From Anolis carolinensis (lineage: Eukaryota), in the NCBI RefSeq assembly GCF_035594765.1, contig NC_085841.1, positions 15,483,636 through 15,547,635 on the forward strand: 64,000 nt of DNA. Reading direction: 5' to 3'. Shown in pieces: positions 13,351 to 25,146 of the stretch. Position 1 is the stretch's first letter. Each line of letters begins with the position of its first letter. Both the position numbers and the translations under genes were made by a program. The notes beneath the pieces were generated by a model, which did not search any database, was not told the origin of the DNA, and saw only the letters and a program-made list of their open reading frames with translations.

Positions 13351-14478
13351 GGAATTACCCCTAGTTTCCAATTCTTCAGATTGGGAAATCCCACAGATCT
13401 TAAACTATGGTGTCTTTTCATCCAAAAGAATGGGTAAGGATTGAATTTTTTGGTGATTTTTCTCTATAAGAGAGCAAAGAGCAATATGAATAAACTTTGA
13501 AAAATTAGATGCATGGATGGAAAACTAGCATATTTTCATCTACTAGTATGTCCTTCTTCATGAGTGTGGATTTTCTGTTTCACAAATTGAAAACACTGCA
13601 GTTTTGTAACAAAAAATGACAAAGGTCAATGGGGGAGAAGTTAGAATCAGAGAGTTGGAAAGGTCATCCAGTCTAATCGCACCAATCAAAACACTCCTGA
13701 TAGAGGGTCAAGCAGCCTCTGTTTAAAACCCTCCAGAGAAGAAGACTCCACCACACTCTGAGGCAGCATATTCAACTGTTGAACCTGTTAAACTACACCA
13801 GATGGATAGAAAACAAAATAACCTCTGTTGGAGATGTGGCATGCACAAAGGGACATATTTTCATTTATGGTGGGAATGTCCCCAGCTGAAGAGTTTTTGG
13901 AACAACATATTTATTGAAATCGGTAACATTATAGGATTAAACATCACCCCGGATGCTAGGTTAGCATTATTAATGGATGCCACAAAGTTGAATTTAGAAA
14001 TGGAAAAGAAAGAATTGGTGATTATTTTACTCACAGTGGTGAGACTTGTAATTGCAAGGAATTGGAAAATAGTAACCACACTGGAAGCATGGTATGGGGA
14101 GGTATGGAATGTAGCCTTAAATGATAAATTATCGATGGAAATGAAAGTGTTCAGGGGGGAAATTAATAGATCTGATTTTGATTTATACTGGTCAGTTTTT
14201 ATTAAATACATTCTAGAAAGTGAAAAAGGAAAACAATACAACTTTGTTGGTCAGGAATTTTGGATATGACATTTGTTTAATGGTTGAATTATAAATTTTA
14301 TGCTAAAGGAAAGTCTTGGTTGTGGGGTTATGTGTTTGTAAAATGTTCACTGTTTTGGGTTCTGTTTCATTGTAAGTTATTATGGATGAAAATAAAAATT
14401 AAATTTAAAAAACTGTTGAAGAGGTATTAAAAATCATGCAACACATTCTACTGTCAGACAGCTGTTAACAAGTTCTGG
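12567..14478 (+). repeat. Local segmental duplication, copy B, interrupted by an L1/Tx1 insertion
   Basis: Collinear with 7719-8985; homology stops at 13783 and resumes at 14411. Confidence 0.88.
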
Positions 14479-14736
14479 CTAATAATCAGGTGTAACCTAT
14501 TTTCCAATAGTAGGAATCCATATCATAGTATCTACAGTAGCAGAAAACAAATCTGCTCCATCTTCATTATGATATGCTTTCAAACATCTAAACATACCCA
14601 GCTCCCTAAGCTGCTTCACAAAGGGTACGCCTTCCAGACCTTCGATCATTTTGTTTGCCCTTCTCTGGGCATATTGCAGCTTGACAATATATTTCCTCAA
14701 TGGTGATGCCTAGAATTAGACATTGTATTTCAGGTG
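13641..14736 (-). mobile_element. Old CR1 LINE 3' fragment split by the L1 insertion
   Basis: CR1 tail (tagaatc..agagttggaa..ggtcatccagtc) and antisense ORF 14497-14700 AQRRANKMIEGLE...LRELGMF, matching the CR1 C-terminus at 55941-56426. Confidence 0.75.
13784..14410 (+). mobile_element. 5'-truncated L1/Tx1-clade LINE (ORF2 C-terminus plus 3' UTR)
   Basis: ORF 13802-14269 with the CCHC knuckle CWRCGMHKGTYFHLWWECP and IARNWK; aataaa and A-rich end; TSD aactgttgaa at 13774-13783 and 14411-14420. Confidence 0.9.
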
Positions 14737-16799
14737 CTTTGTTTCATTCTGAAGAAGAGAGTTATTGCTGAAGTTGGAGACTTCTCAATAAGTTGTCATG
14801 CCATATTAAAACAACTTCTCTCACTAGCAATAAGAAATGCTGTGAATATTATTCACCATTCCAAACCCTGTTGAAATGCACCCAAAAGTTGCAGGGAGAA
14901 AGAAGAGAGCTAAATAATGAGATTATGTCTTATGTACACAGCTGTACGGAGCTGAAGGCACCTGTAGATCTGTGCATTCTGGTGAAACTGTTTGATTTAC
15001 AAGTTAATTATCAAGTAAATTTATGTTTCAGCTACATGTCCAAAGAAAACCCTAGGAGTCTCTGCATTTTTTCTCTGATGCTAGTTTAACTAAAGATTTT
15101 ACTTGCCTGCTTAACAGCCCAGCTAAAATATTATCCAGCAAACCCATTAAGACTCTGAGGATTAATTGACTTTTAGATGTCATGAGCCCTGAAGGACTCA
15201 TCTGCTAACTAACTCATGGAAATAATTAATGTCTGGGGTCATGTGATCGTTACATTAAAATGTCAAGGAAAAACAATTTCTTTGCATAAGCAAAGCACAG
15301 AAGAATATGATCACATTTTAATAGGAAAGTTTTTTGTGAGATATGCATTGCAGCAGGATTTACAACTTGGACTGGATTGGTTCATGAGGAAAGATGGATT
15401 AACAAGTAACTCTGCAAGGCATGGCAAAGTTAATCTCATACTAGAAAAAGAACTGAATCATTCCACTTGCCAATAGATGGATTCCTGGGACATTCCAATA
15501 CCAGGTTTTGATAGCAACAGAAGGAAAAGAAATCCATGAATATAGGAAAAATTAGCCTGCAGCAATCCCTTAAGCAGTGAGAGGAATGAGCTATCCTTGT
15601 ATGTAACAAACAACGGGGACAGATCATATTTTTATTGCCTCTGCTCCTGACAAATCACTACCTATACTTCCCATCTTTCTGCTTTGGGATTGTGTTATCA
15701 ATTGTTGTCCTGACAAAGATATTGCACTAATGGAGTAGTAACCTATATTTATGGAATTTTATGAGATCCTTGTTCAGTAAAACCACATATTTACAATTAT
15801 GGCACTCTTGCCATAATTGTAAACATCCCTCCTTAAAGAAACCCTAGCCTAATCAGTAGTTGCATCCAACAGTAGAAATATGTTCAGCTGGCAAATGTGA
15901 CACAGGGAGATTAAGTTTACAGCCGCTGCCCCCTCCCCCGCCAACCAGCAAGTCTGCAAAATCAGAAGTAAAATCCTGGTCAAAATTCTTCATCTGGGAG
16001 CAGAAAGGAAATGTCATCTTCCTGTTCTCTGGCTACTATTTAAAAAGACCCCCAACATTCATTGTGATCTTATCTACACTGGGCCAAAAAATCTGGAATC
16101 ACTGTGACTGAACCTCTAGCTGCCTTTATGAGTATCCCTTTTTTAAGCTATCTTCTGACTGTTCTGCTTTAAGCAAAGTTGGGGGATATTCTGGAGTTTC
16201 CTTGAACATCAGGGTAGTCTGGACAGCTGGATCAGATCCAGAAGGACATCACAACCAATGCTCTTTCTCTGTGCTGGTCAGTAAAGAGAAATGAGATAGA
16301 TTTTGTCCATTTTACCTTTCCTCCTACCTGGCTATGGAGCTCTGTCTGAATCCCTGGCCATCACCAGTCATGTTTGTATATCAGAACAGGTGGCTTTGTG
16401 ACCAGCAAGAAAGAAAGGACTCCCCTTTCTTCTTGCTTGTCATGCAGGTGTTTGTTCTGACATCTGTAGATGAGACCACAGGAGCTTGGAAGGAGCTCCA
16501 TGGTTGGCTAGGAGTGGCAGCAGATGAGATAACGGCCAAATGGGGTGAATGCAGTTTCAGGCTGTCAAAACAACAGTTCCAGATTCAACATGTAACATCT
16601 AAATACAGGATTGCTCTGAAGGCAGACTTAGCCTGGGCAAATCAACGCAGTAGCGATATGCCCTGACTGTTAAAGTGGTTAGCAGGGTTTGGTGAATTAA
16701 ACATCCATAATTCAGTGATATAGAATACTGGTGATTTTGATGATTCCAAACTGGAGATAGGTTGATTTCTAATGTTCATTGTCTTACCATATGAGGTAG

Positions 16800-17260
16800 T
16801 TAAGGTTTATTTTACTGGTCATTCCCTCCTTTATTTACACCTCTTGACCTAATTATCTCCCGATTAAATTATTGTAATATACTATGTGGAGCAGCTCTTG
16901 AACTGTTTGTGTAAGCTACATCTAATACAAAATGTGGTGACTAAACTTTCGTTAAGTCTGCACTTTGTTGAATATATATCACCCATTTTACAGGAACTCT
17001 ACTGACTTTCAGTTTCTTTCCAACCCAGATTTCAAAGTGCTGGATTTTGATCTTAACAACATTCAGCAGCTTGAGGTCAGAATATCTGTACAGCTGTCTC
17101 CTTCCAAATGAAACTGTTTGAAATCTAAGGTCCTTAGCACAGGACAATTTGCATGCCCCACCTTCCTGTGAAACTAGGTTGATGTGTTTAACATGAGAGT
17201 TGAACCCCTTCCAAAGAAAAGTCAGGTTGGCTACATCTCATTTGAATTTCTGACAGATAA
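16800..17260 (+). mobile_element. Ancient L2 ORF2 C-terminal remnant
   Basis: Disrupted similarity to the L2 YCN...KLQLVQN...HITPIL...FKVL region (aattattgtaatatact, aagctacatctaatacaaaatg, atcacccatttta, ttcaaagtgctgg). Confidence 0.5.
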
Positions 17261-17502
17261 CTAAAACAATAACTTTAGTGGTGGTCCTTAAACCAGAAGT
17301 TATGGAAACTCTGGCTACTTCTAACTGGTCACCAGATTGAGAACTAGAGATGATTATTGAATATTTATTGTTTATAGAAGAGGGAATATCAGGCAGTGTT
17401 GTTCATCATGCAACCTTGTAGTAAGCAACAGTTGCTGCTTTACACAACTGTTAAACATATAGGAACCAAGTTTTCAGTCAGGCAACCCTACTTTTGATTG
17501 TA

Positions 17503-17925
17503 CAGTCAGCCCTCCACATAAAATGGGATTAGGGGTGCAGGATTCCCATAAAAGTAGAAAAGACTGAATTTAAGAACACTCTTTCTTAGGACCCTTCCCC
17601 ATAGCCATATAACCCAGAATATCAAGGCAGAAAATCCCACAGTATCTGCTTTGAACTGGGTTATTTGAGACCACACTGCCATATTCCAGTTCAAAGTAGA
17701 TAATGTGGGATTTTATTTAAATGTGTAGAAGGGGCCTTAATCAAAGAGAACATATGGCCTTGGAATCTCTACATCCTCCAGTTTGATTCTGTGAACAATT
17801 TATGCCAAAAATTGATCACAGAGTCAAATTGGATGACCTAGAGATCCCCAGAGAAGACATTTAAGTGAAATCTGTTGATATTCCAATTTTCACAAGTCAA
17901 ACCTGTAAATGTGGAGGAACCATTG
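17503..17925. mobile_element. Tigger/pogo-like MITE hosting a nested Harbinger MITE
   Basis: TA-cagtcagccctccacat ... atgtggaggaaccattg-TA imperfect TIRs. Confidence 0.65.
17589..17736. mobile_element. PIF/Harbinger-type MITE
   Basis: Imperfect TIRs ggacccttc / gaaggggcc; TTA TSD at 17586-17588 and 17737-17739. Confidence 0.75.
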
Positions 17926-18777
17926 TATTTAAGGAGTTACTTTAGTTTGTTTAAATGTTTTATTGAAAAACATTTAAATTTTCCATGTTCACTCTTTAAA
18001 GTGTTTTCATGCTTATATAATCTCAGGGGTCCTGATAGATTGAAATGTGGAAGAAAAAAGCTTACACTAAAATAAAAATGAGGCAAAGCCTATATTTTCT
18101 CCACTTTCTGCTGTGTTTTGGCTGCTTCTTCTTCATTTTTGCTAATGATGCTACTTGATAATGAAGCAGTTTCCCTTCCTAAAGACCAATGAGGGCAACT
18201 ATCATTTCCACATAAGAATGTCTCTGGAGATAACATCTTGATGTGCCATCATTCTCAAAGTCATTCTTGTGGGGAAAATATGGATGCCCTCGCTGACCTC
18301 CTGTGAAACATATCTCAGCAATTCTGAGAAGGGGAAAGCATTTGATTATTTGAGCCATGTTCAGTGTACTCTTAAACAGAATGTGTTGAGGAGGGGGAGG
18401 TGATCAGCTGTTTAACTCCGAAGACAAGTAAAATTATCGAGAACAACTACTTGCCAGAGGTACTAAATTATCAGAGAAATGTCTGACTAATAAGGGGTAC
18501 ATCTGGTATATTGAGAGGAGGCACATAAAAATCTAGTTAATATCTAGGATTAATGTGAGCACATGACAAACTGCTTGGCTGAGACAAACATATTGAACTG
18601 AACTGAGTCCAGATTCCATGTGTTCCCCTTCAGAGTTAATGAGAATGGAAATGGATGAAGAAAAACACAATTTTATTAGGATCTTGCAGGTTTCTCTGAT
18701 GCATTACGATGGATTCAAGTGCACATATTATACTAAATTCTTGGGGAACTAATATTTGGTGTGTGGAGGGATCACTA

Positions 18778-19002
18778 GGGATGCACCTACACTATAGAAT
18801 TAACCTAGTTGGATACCATTTTAAGTACCATGGCTCAGTATTATGGAATCCTAGGATCTATAGTTTGGTGAGGTTGTCAAGGCACTCCTTGGCAGAGAAG
18901 GATAAAGAGGTTGTATGCTACAATTCTGATAATCTACAGCACTGAATCATGTCAGTAAAAATAATGTCAAACTGCATTGATTTTTATAGTGTAGATGCAC
19001 CC
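18778..19002. mobile_element. PIF/Harbinger-type palindromic MITE, complete but diverged
   Basis: Ends gggatgcacctacactataga / tatagtgtagatgcaccc with long imperfect internal symmetry. Confidence 0.7.
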
Positions 19003-19401
19003 TCAGTTTTCACTCTCTTGCTTTTTCATTTTTTTTCCAAACCTAAGTTGTTCTTTTGCCTTTTAGTAAAACTTTATAGCAATTTGTTGTCCTCTGAATT
19101 TGCACAAGTTTATAAACTGGGGAAAACTGGGGGGGGGGGGCAGTATGTCTCACCCAAAAGGAAAAGAACCACTATCTATGCATATTTATAAGCTGGCCTC
19201 ACTTATTAGTCGAGGGCAGATTTAGAGGACAAAACTATTGACATTCATATAACCCGTAAATAAGCCAATGGTCATTCTACAAAAAGGAGAAAGCACCAGT
19301 GCAACTTCAGGGAACCAGTCACCCCTGGTCGCTGCCATCACAATTTTCCCACCCAAGAATTCAAAAAGACCAGAAACGGCATCATGATGGAGAGAGTAGA
19401 T

Positions 19402-20621
19402 CAGGGGTCCCCAAACTTTTTAAGCAGAGGGCCGGTCCACAATCTTTCAGACTGTGGAGGGGCCGAATTATCATTTGAAAAAAAATACAAACAAATTCCT
19501 ATGCATACTGCACATGTCTTATTTGTAGTGCAACAACAACAACAACAACAAAAGAACAATATAATATTTAAAAATGAAAACAATTTTAACCAACATAAAC
19601 CTATTAGGATTTCAATGGAAAGTGTGGGTCTGCTACTGGCCAATGAGATAGTCAAGTTAATTAGGATTGTTGTTGTGTGCCTTCAAGTCATATCAGACTT
19701 TGGCCGAGCTTAAGTCTAAAATTAATTAATTATTTACTGCATTTATTTACTACATTTATATCCCACCCTTCTCACCCAGAAGGGGACTCAGAGCAGCTGT
19801 ATGTACATACAATACATTATATCATTAGCATAGCACAATATTAGCATTATATATTACTACTAGCTGTGCCCAGCCACGCGTTGCTGTGGCATTTTCTGGT
19901 GGTGTTGGTGAGAAATTGTTGAGGTACTGGTGGTATTGAATGTCTGTTGTATGGTAGTCTTTATGTTTAGTATGCACACTGAAGTGGATTATATGGCAGT
20001 GTGGAGTCAAGATAATCCAGCTCAAAGCAGATAATATAAGATTCTAAATGGGTTATATAGTTGTGTGGAAGGGCCTTGAGTCTGCACTGCCATATAATCC
20101 AGTTAAAATCAGATAATCTGTGGAAGAGGCCTAAGTGAGGCCTAACTGTGCCTGTCCCCTGGGCTGAGTAGGTTGCTAGTAGACCAAGTGGGCGGAGCAT
20201 AGCCTTCTAACTGGCAGCAATTGGATAAAAACTATTATTCCTCTCCCTGTAATTTTCTTTTCTTTTTGTTGTATCAACCTAGAGCCGTGAATGATGGGTT
20301 GTGTTGTCAAATTTTGAGGTTGGGGGGCCTGTAGTTTTGTTGTTTTGTCCGCTGCCCTGACGCCATCACTCTTTTATATATATAGATATTGAACTATACC
20401 ACTATACTGTAATATTATATGTAATATATTAATAATTAATATTATTATATGGTATTATTAGTACTATATTGTATAACATTATCAATATTATATGTATATA
20501 CAATATATTATATTATTAAAACTGATATAAAAATATTATATTATAAAACTGAGGGCGGGGGCCAGGTAAATGACCTTGGAGGGCCGCATCCGGCCCCCGG
20601 GCCTTAGTTTGGGGACCCCTG
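19402..20621. mobile_element. hAT (Charlie/OC1-like) non-autonomous element
   Basis: Perfect 16-bp TIR caggggtccccaaact / agtttggggacccctg; 8-bp TSD gagtagat (19394-19401, 20622-20629). Confidence 0.93.
19860..20386 (-). mobile_element. Non-autonomous Helitron nested in the hAT element
   Basis: Minus strand starts TC (tctatatatataaaag), ends CTAG, has a subterminal hairpin ccacagcaacgcgtgg, and is inserted at an A/T dinucleotide with no TSD. Confidence 0.85.
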
Positions 20622-21298
20622 GAGTAGATGGTGTTAGTGCTTCTCTTAGGTTCTCAAGGGACAGACTAAGCTCTTGCCTTTCAGCATGCTACTCAGAGAT
20701 GGGAATGATTTCCTTTTTTGATGAGAGTTAAGGTACAGTACTTACATAGACCATGATTTTTGGAGTTGATTTTTTGAGTAAAATTTCTAGATTTGAACAT
20801 GAGTAAACACAGTATTATTAAGAAGTTTGCTTGACTTTCTAGTGTGATTTTGAACCAGATTCTTGGTTCCTCCTCTACTTTTCGGCATCATTTTTATTAA
20901 TCTCCCAGCAAACAAAATGAAAACCCTAATTCCCTGAAAACTACTACCAGTTACCTCTTCTCTAGAGTAGAAAGTAGAAACAGCTGTAAGGAAGCATTAA
21001 ACTCAAAGCAGAAAGGAGATTAAAGCGTGCCAGGAAAAATAGGGTTTTTTAAAGGAAGTTCAGGGAGGATAAGGAGCTTCAGGAGGTCATCAGTCTTGCA
21101 GTTTCTCAATTCGCTCCTAGCTTAAAACAAATCGCTCTTCCTTACCTCAAAGTGGGAAGCCTCCTTAAAATGCCTTGGAAAGTGCATGTGGCATGTGCAG
21201 GCCCGGGGAAAAAAGTGTAGGCGCCTGCCTGCAGTGCCTCTCCTCTAGAGTAGAAACAGCTTAAATGCCTAAAATGACAGGAAGAGAAGCCTGCGAAG

Positions 21299-21320
21299 CC
21301 CCCCCCCCCCCCCCCCCCCC
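21299..21320. repeat. Poly-C tract (22 C)
   Basis: Read directly from the sequence. Confidence 0.9.
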
Positions 21321-21759
21321 GCATAATGGGCTGATAGAAAATGGATCTTTCGGCACCCCAGAGCAAAAACAGATATTTGCCCTCCCAAATATGGGAAGCT
21401 CCCAAAAAATAGATCAGGACCCCCCACTGAAAGCCGGACATGAAACAGATCAAGGTTTACCCAGATTGCACAACTCTAGTTAACACTTCTTCTTTATTAT
21501 TCCGGTTTGATTTCCATTAGGTGTTTATACAAGAGAGACATGTATTTTATGGGAAATTTCAAGAAATACAAGAACTGAAAACAATCATACTTGTCCTACA
21601 AAAAGCAACAGCAAAAGCAATCATGTGTACAACAGAAATAAGAAATGGCATTAAAGAAGTTGGTGGCCGGATTCCCAATCTACATAAGGAACAATTGGGT
21701 TTAACTAAATTCCACTTTTTGATGTATTTACCATAACCACCACCAATTCTTATATAAAT

Positions 21760-23700
21760 CCATGATTACAAGTTTTGCTGAAGGTGATATTCAAACAAGG
21801 GTACATTTTGAGATGCAGCTATTTCTTGAACTAACATAAGTCCCCGAGTAGTATTACCTTTGAATTTGCAGCACACTGAAAAGTAAAGCAAATTTAAAAT
21901 GTATAAAAATGAAAGACAAGGTGAGGAAAAGCAATATATGATTATTAAAAGTGGAGCAATACAAAATATGAGATAATAAAAATGGTCACAGTATAACAGC
22001 TTAAGCAACTATATAATATGGTTAGCAATGAAGAAAATAATATAAGATACAGGTGAAAGCACAACAATTGAAGCTATAACAACATGGATAACAGAAAAAA
22101 ATTATAATTGAGAAAATGGAAAATAACTATAGGAACTCCATTGCATTCCCATACTCCCTTATCTCTAAGAGACCATAAAGGTTATTAATATGCTATAGAT
22201 TAAATGCAGTATGATCAAGCACAATCTTAATAAAGTGTCTAATGTATGAGCCATAGGGTTTTTTAAATTTAAAAACTCAAAATACCACAATTGTTAGAAA
22301 CAAGCAGAAACATTTGAGAAAGCAGCCCTTTCAGAAAATAGCTTAGTTAGAATGAATCTAGAATATCTCATTTAATGATGGTTCAGTTCTGCATAGGTGT
22401 AACCAATGAAAGCTTGCTATGTTGAAAACCAAAAGTAACTTAAATAAAAAATTAAGTAAATTCTAGATGTCTACCTGTCCTGTGCTGTAAGATCTCTTGA
22501 TGAATCTAAATCACAAAAATAGGAAAATTAGAAAAATAAATCCATGCAAAAATATAAAGAAAGATATGAATGGGAAAAGTGTCTCCCAAGTATTGAAAAA
22601 TGTTTATTTTAAATGGACATATCAGAAGCCAAGTTCAGCCCAAATACAACCAAAGTTACCGTAGTTACTTTCACTCATCTGAAGATGCATGCAAATCTTA
22701 AATCCCAGCATAAATAGAAGTCAGAAGAAAGGATCAAAGTAAAAAGAGGAGTATTTATTATATTTTATTTACTTTGTTTTATAACCACTCTCTCTCTCCC
22801 TCATTGAGGGACTCAGAGAGGCTAACATATGGCACAATTTGATGATGTTCAACAATCTACCTCACATTCAAATACATAAAATCTGTAATACTAATCTAAT
22901 AACAACAATACATGGTAAAACATTAATGATTTGGATGAAGTGTAAGGAAGACGTGCATGTGAAGAAGGGGTATTGTGTGAGGAAGAGGTGTTGTATGAAA
23001 ACGTGTATCCCTTTTCAGCTGTTCTCAATCGTAATAACTTCAACTCTTCATGGATTCTTCCCCTACTATCTCATTGGTTTCTTCCCTATTTATCTCATTA
23101 AAACTGCATACCAGTTAAAATTGGTTTGTCTAAATCTGTTTTTGAATCCACTTCTTTTTGTCCCAAATGCATCCCTTAAACCTATATTTCAGACACTCCT
23201 TAGTACTATACAGATAAGAACCTGTTCTGAGATAATGTTTTGTTCTGTGTTTCAAGAGTATGGTCATCATCAAAAGAGTATGAGGATAATCTTATCAATA
23301 CCTGCTAGCAGCTGAGTCAAAATAATTGGACTTGACTAATCACACCAAATAACAAAACCAACTTTTTTGCTCCTTCAATTTAGCAAGTTTGTAATAAGAA
23401 TATGAAAATTTTACCTCTGCCAGAAGCAGGTCTGTAAAGTTAGATTGCCTATTCCAGTCCAAGCCAGCTCCAAGATAAGGGTAATAATCTGCACTAAAAA
23501 TAATAGCTGAGAGCCTACAGTCCTTTCAATTTTTTATTTGATACTTCTATTTCTATTTGTTTTTATAAAGCCCCTAAAGAAGGCCATGGAAATATATAGA
23601 TAGACCAAAATGTGTCAGGCTTTTCCCAAACAAGAACCACCATCCATGGAACACTTGGAGATGTATCTCCCCTTTCCCCCAGCTAATTAACTCATTAACC
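21760..23700 (-). mobile_element. Possible highly degraded L1/Tx1 ORF2 3' region
   Basis: Only patchy antisense peptide resemblance to the L1 ORF2 C-terminus (e.g. AGLDW, EPSLNE) plus an A-rich, 3' UTR-like left end. Confidence 0.3.
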
Positions 23701-24289
23701 AAATTGGATGATATCTTCTGGGAGTCTGTTAACCTTCTGAAAAATCAGACTGGACAAATTTAAAAGAGATGAGATAATGATCCCCTTTTAAAGAATTCAC
23801 AGACTTACCATTTTGATCTGCACATGTACCCCACAACAAAGAGAGAGTCAACAGCCCCCTTTATCAAATCTAGTGAGGAAAATGCCCCCCACTGGGTTCT
23901 TTCTTGGTCTCCTGGCCCTAGCAGGATGAGATTATTTCCCTCCACAAGGGTTTTCCTGGATATAGTCATCTAGAGTATCTTTCCAGGTCTGCAGGGACTG
24001 AACCTTGGCAGCCAGAAACTGGAGTGGAATCAAATTCCATGAGCATTGGCTTCAAAGCAGCTCCATCAAATTGAGGGGAATCCCTTATCACGGGTGCTGG
24101 TGGGAGCTAACTCTACCAGTATGAGAGGAAGTGGGACTCTCCTCTGGCAGCTCACATTTGAAATCTGAGCTGAAGAGAAAACGAAGGCTCTGTAATGTTA
24201 GACTATTCACTGAAGAATACCTGAAGCATCTCTAACTTCCATATCTTGGCATGCCTGCACCCAAGGAACTTAATTTACATCCCTGTATG

Positions 24290-24450
24290 AATCATTGTTG
24301 TTTTGTACTTTCAATTTGACTCCAAATTATGGCAACCCTGTCATTCTTGGCAAGCTTTCTACAAAGATTGCCTTCCTATGAGTTCAAGAGAGTGTCACCT
24401 AAATACCATAGCTGAGGGAGAAATTAAAACCTGGTCCCATTCAAACCATT
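24290..24450 (-). mobile_element. Old SINE remnant (MIR-like squamate family)
   Basis: ttatggcaaccct...cttggcaag...ttgccttcct...gagagtgt is the reverse complement of a recurring squamate SINE body. Confidence 0.45.
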
Positions 24451-24912
24451 GCTGAGTTATATCACCTCTTTACACAGCCCCTGGGGTTTTTGCTGTTTCA
24501 CCAGCAGTTGCCGGTGAAATGGCAGGCATGTGGGATGCCTTGTGGTGCCCTGCACTCTCTCCCTCCTTCCGCCTTCACATAGGTGGGACTGGACAAAGCG
24601 CATTGGCACCCTTTCCCTGTCCCCATCAGATGGGTGAGAAGGTGGCAATGTGCATTGCCCCTTCACCTATCAGATGGAGGAAAGAACAAAAAAAATGCAG
24701 TAGCTCCATCAGAGGTACCCAAATCAAACTTCCCTCTCCGTCACGGTAAAGGAGGTGTCTTGTGATGCTTCCCCTCCACTTTGGGATAAATGAGGGCAAG
24801 ACCAAGCCAGCATTATCTGATGGCACTCTGCAGGACCCATCCAGAAGAGGAAAAAGGGGCCAAAAAACTCCAGTGTGATGACTTGGCTAGTCAACTGAAC
24901 TACATTGCTATG

Positions 24913-25146
24913 TACAATCAGTTCTCCACATTAATGAATTCTGTATCCATGGATTAAACCATCCACAGCTTTGAAAGTATTTTTTTAAAATAAAAAAGCA
25001 ACCCTTGATTTTTCTATTTTATATAAAGAAAACCATTTTTCTGCACCACTGTATAGAATTGGACTTGAGCATCCATTGGATTTTGATATCAGTTTGGGGG
25101 GTGGGGTCCTGAAATCAAGCCGTGGAAAATACCAAGGGCCCACTGT
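24913..25146. mobile_element. Tigger/pogo-like MITE
   Basis: ta-caatcagttctccacat ... ataccaagggcccactg; same family as 2019-2145. Confidence 0.6.

Larger units (their letters stand above)
19170..20814 (+). mobile_element. Old non-autonomous DNA transposon (mariner/pogo-like) split by the hAT insertion (pieces 19170-19401 and 20622-20814)
   Basis: Joining the two pieces gives a sequence collinear with 37315-37795 (ggtcattct, aaggaga, gactaagctcttgccttt, ggtacagtact, aaaatttctaga). Confidence 0.65.

Noticed and set aside
13381-13434. Possible 54-nt exon (ttcttcag...gtaagg) in duplication copy B
   Set aside because: No recognisable peptide, the donor site is absent in copy A, and there are no neighbouring exons to support it.
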